A DNA stretch of 64,000 nucleotides from the NCBI GenBank assembly GCA_013265495.1, contig MU058213.1, positions 6,526,066 through 6,590,065 on the forward strand, in the 5' to 3' direction. Below are positions 1 through 13,400 of this stretch, piece by piece; position 1 is the stretch's first letter; every line of letters starts with the position of its first letter. A model generated the notes under the pieces. That model was not told where the DNA came from, searched no databases, and saw only the letters and a program-made list of their open reading frames with translations. Both the position numbers and the translations under genes were made by a program. Source of the stretch: Vicugna vicugna (lineage: Eukaryota).

Positions 1-2100
1 AAAAGAAATGAAAGGAACCCAAATTGGAAATGAAGAAGTTAAACTGTCATTGTCTGCAAATAATATGATACTATACATAGAAAACCCTAAAGAAGTGACC
101 AGAAAACTACTAGAACTCATCAATGAATTTGGTAAAATACAGGGTACCAAACTAATATTTAGAAGTCAGCTGCATTTCTATACACTAAAACAACTAAATA
201 ACAGAAAAAGAAAGTAAGGGAACAATACCATTTACCATCACACCAAAAAGAATAAAATACCCAGGAATAAACCTACCCAAGGAGGCAAAAACCTGTACTT
301 TGAAAACTATAAGACACTGATAAAGGAAACTGAACATGATATAAACAAATGGAAAGAAAGATATACCATGTTTTTGGATTGGAAGAATCAATATTGTTAA
401 AATGGTCATACTACCCAAGGAAATATACAGATTCAATACACTCCTGATCAAATTACCAATAACATTTCTCAAAGAGCTGAAGCAAATAAATGTTAAAATT
501 CATATGGACACACAAAAACCCTGATAGCCAAAACAATCTTGACAAAGAACGGAGCTGGTGGAATCATGGTCCCTGACTTCATACTATACTACAAAGCTAC
601 AGTCATCAAAATAGTATGGTCCTGGCACAAAAACAGACACATAGATCAATGGAACAGGAAAGTCCAGAAATAAACACACCCACTTATGGTGAATTAATCT
701 ACAACAAAGAGGGCAAGAATATACAATGCAGAAAAGACAGTCCCTTCAGCAAGTGGCACTGGGACAGCTGGACAGCCATATGTAAGTCAATGACATTACA
801 ACACTCTCACACCATACTAAAAAAATAAACTCATAATGGCTTAAAGACTTAAATATAAGATAAGACACTGTAAACATCCTGGAGGACAACATAGGCAAAA
901 TATTTTCAGACATAAATCCTCACAATGTTCTCCCAAGGCAGTTTACTCAGGCAACAGAAATAGAAGCAAAAACCCCCCAAAAACCAAAAAATCAAATGGG
1001 ATCTAATTAAACTTACAAGCTTTTGCACAGCAAAGGAAACCATTAGCAAAAGAAAAAGACAACATACAGAATGGGAGAAAATATTTGCAAAAAATGAGTC
1101 TGACAAGGGCTTAATTTCCAGAATATATAAACATCTCATACAACTTAATAAGAAAAAAACAAACAACCCAATCCAAAAATGGGCAGAAGACAAAAACAAG
1201 AAATTCTTCAATGAAGACAGACAGATGGCAAATAAGCACATGAAAAAATGCTCAATATTGCTAATTATCAGAGAAATGCAAATCAAAGCTACAATGAGGT
1301 ATTAACTCACACCAGTCAGAATGGGCATCATTCAAAAGTCCACAAACGATAAATGCCAGAGAGGCTGCAGAGAAAAGGGAACCCTCCTACAAAGTTGGTG
1401 GGAATGCAGTTTGGTGAGGCCATTATGGAAAACAGTATACAGATTCATCAAAAGACTGAAAATACGCTTACCACATGATTCAGCAATCCCACTCCTGAGC
1501 ATATATTGAGGGAACCTTAATTCAAAGATACATGCACCCCAACGTTCACAGCAGCACTATTTACAATAGCCAAGACATGGAAACAACCTAAATGTCCACT
1601 GACAGATGACTGGGTAAAGCAGTTCTTGTGTATTTATATAATGGAATACTACTAAGCCATAAAAATAATAAAATAATGCCATTTGCAGCAACATGGATGG
1701 ACATGGAGATGACTGTCTTTCTAAGTGAAGTAAACCAGAGAGAAAGAAAAATACCATATGATGTCACTCATATGTGGAATCCAAAAAAGGAAAAACAAGC
1801 CACTAATGAACTTATCTATAAGACAGAAACAGACTCAGAGAGAGAAAACAAACTTATGGTTACAGGGGGAAAATGAGGTGGGAAGGGATAAATTGGGAAG
1901 TTGAGATCTGCAAATAATAACTAAATACAAACAGATAAACAGCAGGTTTCTTCTGTATAGCACAGGGAACTATTTCAATATCCTGTAGTAACCTTTAATG
2001 AAAAAAAATGAAAACGAAGATATGTATGTATATGTATGACTGAAACATTACACTGGAGATTGACACACTGTAAACTGACTATACTTCAGTTAAAAAAAAT
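1..2100 (+). mobile_element. LINE-1 3' portion (degenerate ORF2 RT/C-terminus, 3' UTR, polyA)
   Basis: ORF fragments 'EEVKLSLSANNMILYIENPK' (FADD motif decayed) and '[19 protein letters not shown]'; frameshifts and stops; A-tail near 2092-2099. Confidence 0.95.
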
Positions 2101-2238
2101 CCATCCTTTGTATTGCTATATTGCCAATATATGTTATATATCATCATATATTTTACTATTTTGGTAATAATATGTCAACATGTCAACTATACTGGTAATA
2201 ATATGTCAATAAAGTGTAATTTTTGCTTGGAAAAAAAC

Positions 2239-2860
2239 CGCAATGAGATATCACCTCACACTTGTTAGAACTGCTACTATGAAAATGATAGGAAACAGCT
2301 AAGTGTTGGTGAGGATGTGGATTAAAGGGAAGCCTTGTGCACTGCTGTCAGGAAGGTACACTGGTGCAGCCACTATGGAAAACAGTATGGAGGTTCCTCA
2401 AAAAACTAAAAAAGAACACCAAATGATCCAGCAATCCACTTTTGGGTATTTATTACAAAAAAATGAAAACACTAACTGGAAAAGATATATGCACCCCCAC
2501 ATTCACTGCAGAACTATTTACAATAGCCAAGATATGAAAACAACCTAAGAGTCCACTGATGGATGACTGGATAAAGACACTGACATATATACACAGTGGT
2601 TTATTATTCCAACTTAAAAAAAGAAATCTTATAAAGTGTTACGGCATGAGTGGACCTCAAGGGAATTATACTAAATGAAATAACTCAGAGAAAAAGACAA
2701 ATACCAAATCATCTGCCTTACATGTGAAATGTTTACAACAAACTAAACCCTCCCCTAAGCTCACAGAGACAGATTGGTGGTTGCCAGGGGTGAAGAGTGG
2801 AGGATTGGAGAAACTAGTAATGGGGGTCAAAAAAAATGCAGTTGACATAAAATAGAAATT
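2239..2860 (+). mobile_element. Older LINE-1 3' fragment (L1M-type)
   Basis: caatgagatatcacctcacac...ggaaaacagtatggaggttcctcaaaaaac, typical of the L1 ORF2 end and 3' UTR. Confidence 0.85.
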
Positions 2861-3069
2861 TAAAATACTTTAAAAATTGACTTTATAATATATGTATATA
2901 TGTATACATATATGTATGTTTACATATATGCTAAAAATACATAATATATGAGTTAAATATTAAACTGAGCTGATCAGGACACCTTAACTGAAATGTTGAG
3001 AACAATGAACATATACAAATACAGTATAGCATTTCAAAATGATATAATATATATAATTAGACATAAAAG

Positions 3070-4175
3070 ACAACAAAAAATCCCTAAATGACAAGGTAAC
3101 CTTCAGACTGGGAGAAAATACTTGCATATCATGTATCTGATCAGGGATTTTAATATCCAAAAGATATAAACAGCTCAAACAGGAAAAAAGCAAACCACCC
3201 AATTCAAAAATGGACAGAGGATCAGAAAAGACATTTTTCCAAAGACATACAGATGGCCAACAGGTGTATGAAAAGATAATCATCATTAATCATCAAGGTA
3301 ATGCAAATCAAAACTACAATGAGATATCACTTCATACACATTAGAATGGCTATTATCAAACAGACAAGAAATAACAAGTATTGGTGAGGATGGGGAGAAA
3401 AGGGAGACCTTGTGCACTGTTGGTGGGAACGTAAATTGGTGCAGCCAATATGGAAAACAGTATAGAGGTTGGTCAAAAAAAATTAAACACAACTGTCATA
3501 TATTTCAACATTTCCACTTTTGGGTATTTATGTGAGGAAAAAGAAAACACTAAACCAAAAAGATATACACACTTTTCTTTCACTGAAGCATTATTTACAA
3601 CAGCCTAAGTGTCCATCGATGATGAATGGATAAAGATGTGGGAGGGGTATGTATACACACACATGCACACTATACACACACCTACATATACACAGAATGG
3701 AATATTATTCATACATTAAAAAAGTTGATCTTGCCATTTGGGACAATGCTGATGGCCTTCGAGCGCACAACGCGAAGTGAGGTAAGTTACAGAAAAACAA
3801 GTATCACGTGATCTCACTTACATGTGGAATCTAAAAAAAAACTAGGCTCACAGATAGAAGATAAGATTGGGGGTTGGGGGAAGGATGGGTGAAGGGGATC
3901 AAAAAGTAGAAACTTCCAAATACAAAATAAAAAAGTCATGGAAATGTACAGCATGGCGACTACAATTAATAATACTGTACTGCATATTTGAAAGTTGCTA
4001 AGAGAGTAGATCTTACAAGCCCTCACCATAAGAAAAAACACTTTTTGACTGTTTGGTGATGAATGTTAATTAGACATACTGTAGGGATCCTTTTGACAAA
4101 TAATTTAATCATTATGTCCTACACGTAAAACTAATATATTGTAAGTCAACTATAACTCAGTAAAAATAATTTTAA
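3070..4175 (+). mobile_element. LINE-1 3' fragment (L1MA9-like)
   Basis: ORF2 end plus 3' UTR 'ttgaaagttgctaagagagtagatctt', also seen at 24.7 kb. Confidence 0.85.
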
Positions 4176-4529
4176 AAATACCTATAACGTATTTAAATGT
4201 TTGTTGAAGTTACTTGCTTTAATAATCCTAGATTCCTAAAAATTCCTTGTGAAATGCTCCGTTCTTTTAGATATGGTACCAGCCACAAATTTAGTACTTC
4301 ATTTCGCAGTTTACAAAATTAAATTAAAAGACTCACGTTCGAAAGTAACCTGATAGTCTTTCTTGAGCAAACCATTCAGTTTAAATTCATTCGTGTCAGA
4401 GTTCACACGAGGTGGGAAAGGCAGACTTTAAACAAGCGAAGAAACACAAGAATAGTACACTTAAGGAATTCCCCCGATATTCCAGGGCAAAAAAATCACC
4501 CTAAGATGCTTAAAGACATTTGCCTGCCT

Positions 4530-5070
4530 AAAAGTACGGTGCTGGGCTCACGACCTCCTCCAGGACCGTTCAGCTGGCGCCCAACAGACAACAAGCCTCC
4601 CGCCACAGGACGCAACCATCTCCCGGCCGCCTCCCTTCCCTTCCCATCCTGGGGCACCGCCGCAGGGCCAGCGCGGCACCGTAGTCGGTAACGGGCCGAC
4701 CCCGAGCGGAAAAGGCCCTCGCAAATGACCCAACGCAATCCCTGCTGTAGGGGGTGACTCAATACCTGTGGAAAAGGCGCTTCCCGCCGCGGAGAGGACA
4801 GAAGCGGCACCGTCAGGAGCCCAACAGGAGGTAGCTGCTTCCCCGACCTCCTCTCCGGCCGCCGCAGAGCGCGCAGAGCTAGGTCGACGACCCGGAAGCG
4901 CTCGCAGAACCTGGAAGTGACTCCGCACTGGAGGGCCCAGAAGCTCCGCCCACTGCCTGATTCCCGTCAGCCACTCAAGCATTGGGAGCAGAGGGCGGGG
5001 AGGTGGAGAGAGGGGCGTGGGGCCGCAGTCCAAGCCCTAGCCCGCTCCACAGGCTTAGTTCCCGAGTAAG
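4530..5070 (-). promoter_or_regulatory. GTF2A2: CpG-island promoter of the downstream gene (GTF2A2 by synteny)
   Basis: GC/CpG-rich; ETS sites CCGGAAGCG (~4892) and CTGGAAGTG (~4911); CCAAT box (ATTGG 4981-4985); GC boxes at 4992-5021. GTF2A2 lies directly 3' of BNIP2 on the same strand in mammals. Confidence 0.8.
4766..4930 (-). other. GTF2A2: Non-coding exon 1 of GTF2A2 (5' end approximate; coding exons lie left of the window)
   Basis: Minus-strand donor CAG|GTATTG with intron starting at 4765; gene identity from synteny only. Confidence 0.6.
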
Positions 5071-5809
5071 TAATTCACCAGGTGCACTAAATCGTCCCTA
5101 AGGGAATTTTAGAGACTACTTTTCTTCACGGTTATATGCACAGCTAGGAAATGTTGGGCAGTCACATTTTGTGCCCGAGGTGTAATTCAGGGTAATACTG
5201 TTGAAGACTGACATTTTGGAAAGATTTTAGCACGGATTTCTTAATTCAAAACAGGGCTGCAATTCATTTAGCCCAGTAAACGTTTAGTTTATGAATCGTT
5301 AAGTATTTTTATTTGGGGGGATTTGTATTTAAAATTCGTGCCAAAGGCAAGGGAAATACTGCAATATGTATTTCGTGTTTATGTAGTCCCAAATGGTATC
5401 CTAACTGTGGATCAAAGGCGGCAGCAATCTGCACAGCTGTTTGTGTTTAAGCAGAACAGTGATTAAGGAGTAAATGCAAACAAATGCTACCAACTGGAAC
5501 CTCTGAGCAGGTCTACAAAGTAAACAGGTTATTATTTATACAAAGTTTTCAGCCACTTATTCATTTCATTGTTGGATTCCCCATTAACTAAAATAATACT
5601 AAACTATGAAATAATTTGGTTATAATTAAGGTAAAATTTAAAATTAAAGCAGGATGAACTCTTCACCCTCCTGAATAGGAAGCAGCACCAAAATTACAGA
5701 AAGAGAAACAAGAGTAAAAGTATAAAATTATTTGAAAGCTTACAAGATAATTGTGTAAAAATTCAGCAGTAAGTAAAGTGGAAGACTGAAAAATGTGATA
5801 AAATGAGTC

Positions 5810-8800
5810 AAAAACAAACTTTCCAATTAATTTATTTAAAGTCATTAACGTTGCAACAATATGATGTGCAACAGATCAGGACACAAGTTATCATATACCT
5901 TAACATATTCCTTAAAAGAAAAATAAAATAGTACATCTTCTTGATATATCAAGACCAACCCAAGTATTTCTTACAGGGACCACATCAACATCTTGCACAG
6001 TCATTAGACCTGAATTTCTCGCACTTAGAATGAGAGCTCTAGGCTAGGCAGCATCATTTGAATAGTAGTAAAATGATTGCAGTACATTGTGTCTAAATGA
6101 CAGCATGTGAACTTCCACTAAGAAAAAGGCTAGAATCTTTGAGATATATATCAAAGTGCGTTAGTGTCTAACAAACTCTGAATTTGCAGTGTTCCATGTG
6201 AACGATGCCCCAAGGGCTGTACACTCAATATTCCTGAACACTATTTACTAGCTAGGTTTAGGTAAATAAACTGTTTAATGGGCATAACTTTAGAAAGTTT
6301 ATATACAAAAAGTGCAGTGGAGTAGCTAACTAATATTTTTAAAGTTCTTCCTTAGGTACACTGAATGTTAAAACAAAAATTTCAAATGCTAATGCTTGAA
6401 ACTCTTGTAGAATGTCTTACAAGACAGAATCAGCCAGCCATTTGATGTAAACAGCTTACTATTTATAACTCTTCAGTAATATAAAAGCATTAAACCCTTG
6501 ATTTTCTTATGGAGTTTAACTGGTTAGTAAGTACTTTATGTAAACTTTTCATAGCATTTTAAAAGTAGTTCTCAAAAAGTAAAAAATTATGTAATCTATC
6601 ATATACAGTTGCAACAAAGTAACAGTTCTGTCCAAATTTTAGTGTCACACCTTGCAGTCCAAAATATTACCTTATTTTACATTACCAGTTAGAACTTTAA
6701 AGGAAAGTTGTTATTACTAGGACGCACCACTGATCTAATTCATTCACAATCCTGGGATGGGAAGAGGGGGGCGAAAGGCTCCCCAGTTAATTCTTCTGTA
6801 CTATTAGAACATTGAGCAGATAATCTCCCACTTCCTTCACCAGCTGACTTTCCTAATCAAGTCTACGTCCGTAACTCTTTCTCCCAGCAACTCAAATTAT
6901 ACAATGCCTGTTCCCTGTGACAAGAACAGAATTGGTCAAACTTACAAGTACATTAGTTCCTCCATCTATCCCATCCTTCTGAAATTTGTGATCCATTTCT
7001 CCAATAGCTACAATGCAGGAGAAAAAATAGGCATGAAAACAAAACCAGGGTAGCCACATCTATTTTCAACCTCCTCTTGACCAAGCAATGGTGGCAATTT
7101 TCCACATACAACATTAGAAAAAGGATGAAGCTACTGTCATCTTATATATAACCATAGCAGTCTCATCAGGAAACTGGTCTGATGTGTCCTGATGCTAATT
7201 AAACTATCAGTTGCAATCTAAAAAGCCACTTCTGCATTAATTAGAACACTTTCAAATTCCCTGAGCACACACATAAAAACAGCCAAAGAGTAATGCTATG
7301 TAGTCATTTACAAGAAGTCTATCAAAAAACAGATTTCTTATTTCTTAAAATCCTTTTTTAAATTCTGGAATTGCAGCTGAAGAAAGTCTAGCTACCTACA
7401 TACACTTTTCAATCAACAAATTTCACTATCCAGTGTGGTTATTAAATAGTGGTGTCCATTTTGGAAAACTACATTAATGTTTGCCAACCATGAAATACGA
7501 AACGTAACCTAGCCCTGAACTTCAATCTGAGGGTTGTAATTGCTGACTTTCCCTGTTTAAACTTACTTTGGTATGAAGAGACAAAGAAAGCAGGGCAAAG
7601 TATGAATTCTTGTTACAGGTACTACCAGCCTTTTCCCTTCCACTCCAGTCTCCCTATTCACATATTCTGTGCGTAGCCTGCAGGTTTTCCTGCTTGATAC
7701 AAGAAACAGTACCAATGTTTGCCATATATAGTACTTCCGTTAACAAGGACACAGTCAGTGGCCTTCTTAGATTACAGTTCCCTTTATAGTTTTCTTTCTC
7801 TTACCTCCTTGTTTTGTTATCTTCCTTTTCAGCTTCTCCGCTAGGCCGTACTTAGAATCATATTTCTCTACATACCCCCCATCCGCAGGTAAGACTATTC
7901 AGCTTCAACTGTAGGATCAATATACTGTCTTCTTAGTGCTAATAAAGAATACGACCAAGCACAACACAAATTCCTTTACGAGAAACTTCTGGCTAAAAAG
8001 AGGCACTCAGAGCCCAAGCACAACAACAAAAAAAACAGCGGCAAGAGCATCAAATTAAACAAGTCAGATCCATGATTCCAGCAGAAAGATAAAATCACAC
8101 AATTATATGTACTTTTACCTCAATCAAAAATGGAAAATTAAAATTAAATGATATGGGGAAAATGTCTCATAGCCACAAATTACAAGTAACAATAAATGCT
8201 TTTCCTCTAACCTCCTTGTTATGATCTTAAGTCTCACAGTTAAGAGAAATTACAGGGCACGTCCCTATAGCAGATTCCATTAAGGTGTCGGTTAGAGTAG
8301 GAATCCTTTTAAATCTAGTGATTCCCAGCACATCCCTTTGTTTATATCCCAAGTGTTATCACTGTTCTCTCTGAATTTTACTGTTCTAATAGAATACAGG
8401 GTACTTCTACTTAAAAAAATACAAAAAACACATAGAAAATACACTTTTGCAGTAAGTTGTATCAATAGTCAGGAACAATGCTTGCAAAAGTCAATCAACA
8501 GTGTAAAGTGTTGAAAGTGAAGAACTGGGTACATAAGGTGGCATAAAGCCACCTACTTTAAAAGCTCAGCCCAGTTTGAATGAGATAGAAATTTACAGAT
8601 GAAAGACGACTTAACGTGCTCTACAAATATAGACCCTAATCACAGTTCAATTCAGTACGCGCCCTTATTCGTAATCCTCGTATGGTAAGCGTTCAGAAGG
8701 AATGTCTAAGCTGTTACTGGTGGTTTGCTTTTTGAACACAAAGTATTTCTAAGATTTCAGCACGGAATAATGGTTTTGGCTTTCTTCATTATAGTGACAT

Positions 8801-10377
8801 TAGTTTGGGACCTGCCTACAGCTGCTGGATCCAAGTTAAGTCAGGAGGCTGCTGAGGAACATCTCATCCTGGGAACCCTCCAGCATCTCCCACAAGTGGG
8901 CTTGGAGTTAGCCTGTCAAGTTTACGCCTGAGAAGGATAAAAAAGACAATTCTATTTTGTGGTAGAAACTTTTTTACTAAAACAGCAATGATAAAGCTAC
9001 ATGTGTGTTCAGTCTAGGATATAAGCTTAGCTCTCAATTTTGCTATTATTTTGTAAATTACCTCATAGGAGGGGCTGGAACGTGGTACGACCCTTAAGTT
9101 ACGAAGGTACTAAGTTTACAAAATGTATATGAGTCCCACAAGTACATGACACAGTATTAGACCAATCTGGTTTTAGGGTAATTTTGTGGGTAATTAAGTT
9201 CTGTTTGGGGGCAAAAGTACAATTTACTGCAATGTAGAGTCAAGGTACTTACCAAATTAAAGAATTTTACATGCTTACACCAAATGCTATCCAAGACAGC
9301 ATAATATAATGATGCTCTAAGACTTACAAAATAACTTAATTTACAGTACTGTCAACAAGATCCAACAGAAAATGTGGAAACATAGCATATCTGCTTAAGT
9401 CAAACACCTGATACGAAGTATTTTGGTCAAGAGCCCACACTGAAATCAGTTAATAAAGCAGCCCCTGTTTTCTAAAGAAAAGTAGTGACAGTTCTCTGAA
9501 TAATACACTGCACTCACACAAATTCAGGACAGTGATACCCTGGACACACAAGCTTACTTCACATTAAGTGAACAACCTAAAATTTTTATCAAGTTCTGAC
9601 TTTTGGCCAGAAGACAAAATGTCTGACATATACATATATACAAACCCCAATTCTTAACCTCTTACATTCTCTAATTCTAAAAATGGCTTTTTGACTTGTC
9701 TGAAAGTTTAAAAATGAAAAAGTGTGCAACACACTTGTATTTGTGTGTCTGAAATGAGACACAATAAACATTAAGTGAGAAAAAAGCTCAGAATGGTACT
9801 AATCTACTTAGATTACGTACATGACCTTTGGGTGTTCATGAAAACCAGTTTAACTGTCCCATCTTATGAGCAACTTTATTTTCTAAGTGACCCAGGAAAT
9901 GTATTTAACCATTTACAAAAACAAAAATTCTAACATGCACTTTACAAAATCATGGTCTTATTTACCTGCATATTCTTCCACAAGAGAGTTACACATTAAA
10001 AAATATTGCTCAAAAACATAAAAATATATATTATCTCTTTCCTTTTCCATTTAGACATATAAATATTTTACTGAAGAAGATGCATCATTTAATAAACAAA
10101 TGCAAAAACTGCTTTATATAAAGTGTGGTTCTCTGCTATTTAGCAATATAAAATATAAAATGATTATAATATAACTACCTAGTAAAGAGCTAAATTCAAG
10201 AGATTTGCAAACCAGTACAGCAGTGAACAGTCCCTTATACAGAAGTCCATTTAAGAAAAAGTCAAGTCAATTTTGTAACAGGTTACATAAAAATCAGGAC
10301 CAGTAAATGCATTACAAATGCAAAGAAGAGCACGGCTTCATCAGCACGTTCTTCAGTCTGTTTGGACCATGCCAATC
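5810..10377 (-). other. BNIP2: BNIP2 3' UTR (up to ~4.5 kb) with several candidate polyA signals
   Basis: Repeat-poor AT-rich DNA after the stop; minus-strand ATTAAA at 10093-10088, AATAAA at 9880-9875, and AATAAA at 5836-5831 followed by a GT/T-rich tract. Confidence 0.55.
5831..5836 (-). terminator. Candidate distal polyadenylation signal of BNIP2
   Basis: AATAAA on the minus strand with downstream AGTTTGTTTTTG. Confidence 0.45.
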
Positions 10378-10429
10378 TTACTGCTCACTTTTTGGTTCAT
10401 CTTGTTTTCCATTAAGCTCTTGATCAACT
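10378..10429 (-). CDS. BNIP2: BNIP2 last coding exon ([16 protein letters not shown])
   Basis: AAACAG|AGTTGATCAA...CAG TAA; stop at 10380-10378. Confidence 0.96.
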
Positions 10430-13400
10430 CTGTTTAATGAAAAAAAATACAGATATTAAGACATCAGCAAATGAACAATTCTCTTTCTAAAAATAAACGA
10501 CTGATTTTAGCATAGATTATTATTCTGTTAAAAACAAAGCTTTGCAAAGAAGCGGATATAGTAAAAGGTTACCAAACATTTCCCCAACCAGGAAAGGTAA
10601 TTTTTAAAGGCAAGAGGATCCTGGCAAGAAATGTGACTGTGTCTTTAAAAATTATAAGATACTTTACATACAAATCCACATAAACCATATTAAAAATTCA
10701 AATTACAGGGTTTGGGAGCATAGTTCAGTGGTAGAGGGTGTGCTTCGCGTGCTTGAGGTCCTGGGTTCAATCCCCAGTACCTTCATTAAAAAAAAATTCA
10801 GATTACAACAGGCATATTAAAATGCTGAACTGTAGCATGGCTGGGGCAAGGATCTAACCGGTAAGAGAGTGGTAGGAAAAGCAATTCCTTCAAAAATGAC
10901 TTTGTTAACTAGAATATTAAAATGCCACTAATGCCACCAATTGGCCATTTTTTTCAGTGATTAAAAATGCATATTTATAGATCCATAAGTATTCTCCAGA
11001 ATGTACTGGCACACTTAAGAATGTGAATGCCTTTCAATTATTGTGATAGTAAGGAGACACAGAGTGGAATAATCAGAAACATCTAGACGTACATGAAAAA
11101 TCTGACTGGACCAGAAGTGGGTTGCACAGAAAGCACATCAAAATTTAGGCAAGTAAGGATTAGAAAAATTAGGTAATTACCACACAAATATTATAGACAA
11201 CCCTTCACAGGTAATGTACAATAATCTACTGCTACTATATTTGTATATTTATACTATATTTGTAGTAGTCTGAATTACTAACGAAGGGAAGTTTAAAACA
11301 ATTTGGCATGATATATGAAGATACTTTTCACACTTCTTTCCATTACTGTATCACTTGAACTTCAGTGAATCAGACCTAAAAGCCCTGGCCTGCGGTAAAG
11401 CCAGATTAACCTCTAAAAATGCTTTTATACTGTTATCAAAAATTCGAAAGGTATATATTCTTACTAAGGCATGCAATACACATCAACCCCTTCAACATCT
11501 GAAATATTGGTATGAACTAATTTCACAATCACCTTATTTCTAAAATCTGTCCAAATATGAACAATGAACACCTGCCTGGCCTCTCTTGCACTGAGTTGTT
11601 TGAAACATCTAAAACATTTTAAACTGCTATACTTCAGCATTCAGTTTTGAATCCTCCTTACCAGTACTCATTATACAGATTTCACTTTAAGTAAGCTCTC
11701 TGACACATAGCTTCTGCTATTTAGTTTTAAAAACACACCCCTCTATTTTTAAAACTTGAATGTTATCATTTTAAATCTGACAAGGATTTATTAGTTTTTA
11801 AAGCTAACTAAATTTTGTACAAAAACTTAAGAAGTGCTTGAAAGATACATGTAATGATTGTATTAAGGTTAAATGAAACAAAAGGAAAAAAGGAAAAAAA
11901 CATTCGTGGTAGGTTACACATACAATTAAATAAAAGGCAAAATTCCACTTTTTCTCTAATGCCTTCTGTCAGGCAAATGAGTACTAAAACTTTTGTAGAA
12001 AGACATGATACAGCAGATTTAATCAACAAAGGCAACTCATTTTGAAATCCATGAAGCAGCTGGCTTCAAAATATTCTACAATTACAGACCACATTTTAAA
12101 TTTCAGCCAGTTGTCTGGCAAATGCCCACCAATGCCTTGAGAGGAAAGAGAAATCAGCAAAAAGTAACATAACTGTCCATGTGCCTATGTTAAAATGTTT
12201 AACCATAAAGTGTCATATAGAAACGTGACGCTGTGATTCTATCACAAGGTGAACTGAATTCCTGCCCATATACAGAGCCAAAGTATATTCAAAGAATGTT
12301 CCAGTTTCTTAGAATTGGTTCCTTAGAATGGTCAAAATGAAAACTACATATAAATTTCTCACCTTAACTCAATAAAGACTGTGTGACTCTGTTTTGCTAA
12401 TCTATCAACATTTAAAAAACCCATTAGCAAGTCAGATCCAAATCCTACAGTTTTCTAAATTACATTATAGAACAGTAACTATTTTATACCCTTCCTTTCA
12501 TCTTCTATGCCAAGATATTAATAGATGAGAGATTGTTATGCTCAAAGCAGAAGTATTCAGAAGTATATATAAGATGGAAAGCAGAATGTTTAACTATTAA
12601 ACGGTACATTGAACTTTTAGGTATTTTATCACATGTAGAATTTGACTGGTTAGCAGGCCATTTAAGCATACAAGGAGATGAATGTTGGTTAGCCAAAGAA
12701 TATGTGCATTGCAAATATAATCATCAACCCCTGGGGGGGGGGCGGACTCATTAAAAATGCATATTTCAAAAACACAAGTCAGATTTACAGCATATGGTGA
12801 AACCAGTAAGGTCTTATAAGGAACTGGTTTTGCAAATAGTGTTCTTAGGAATTTCTCTAGTTTCACCATCAGTATTTAAACCAAAAGGAGAAGGAGATGT
12901 GAGCTTTATTTCCTACTGGCACTATGTATGGTGTTCAAATAGACTGAATCCAAGCTATACTCAGCACCTGGAACTTTGGATTCATACCATATTTGGATTC
13001 TAGGGTATATTATATTTGCAAGTGCTATTATCTTTGTCTACCAGCTAACCAACCAATAAGGAAGAGTTAGTCTGTGCAATGCAAATGGACTAGTCTAGAT
13101 GCAACCCAGTCAAGGTGTGCATATACCTTTTCTGTTTCTTTTTTAACTTTTCTTCTTCATACCTTGGTAGGGAAGAGTTATTTCAGTAAATATACATGTT
13201 ATGAAGATGAACAAAAACTTGAAAAAAGGCACTAAAAATAAACTCATAAGTTTGCAAGCAAAATGAAAAATATTTAATATACTATACAGGAAGTCAAAAC
13301 TGACTTAAGAAATGTGGTTTTGACATATTCAACAGGCTAAAATCTCAGATTAACAGAACAAACAAACATTTTTCTATATTATAGCACTGTGATACTCAAG

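Noticed and set aside
1..1900. Reverse-transcriptase-like ORF pieces
   Set aside because: Ordinary dead L1 ORF2 with a decayed catalytic motif and many frameshifts.
2162..2209. Direct repeat tggtaataatatgtcaa x2
   Set aside because: Two copies only in AT-rich inter-L1 DNA; a local duplication, not an array.
4496..5033. ORFs of 104 and 161 aa at the GTF2A2 promoter
   Set aside because: CpG-island artefacts that run through the splice donor; no similarity to TFIIA-gamma.
10708..10796. tRNA-like sequence with A and B boxes
   Set aside because: A-tail, TSD and three other diverged copies in the window show it is a SINE, not a tRNA gene.
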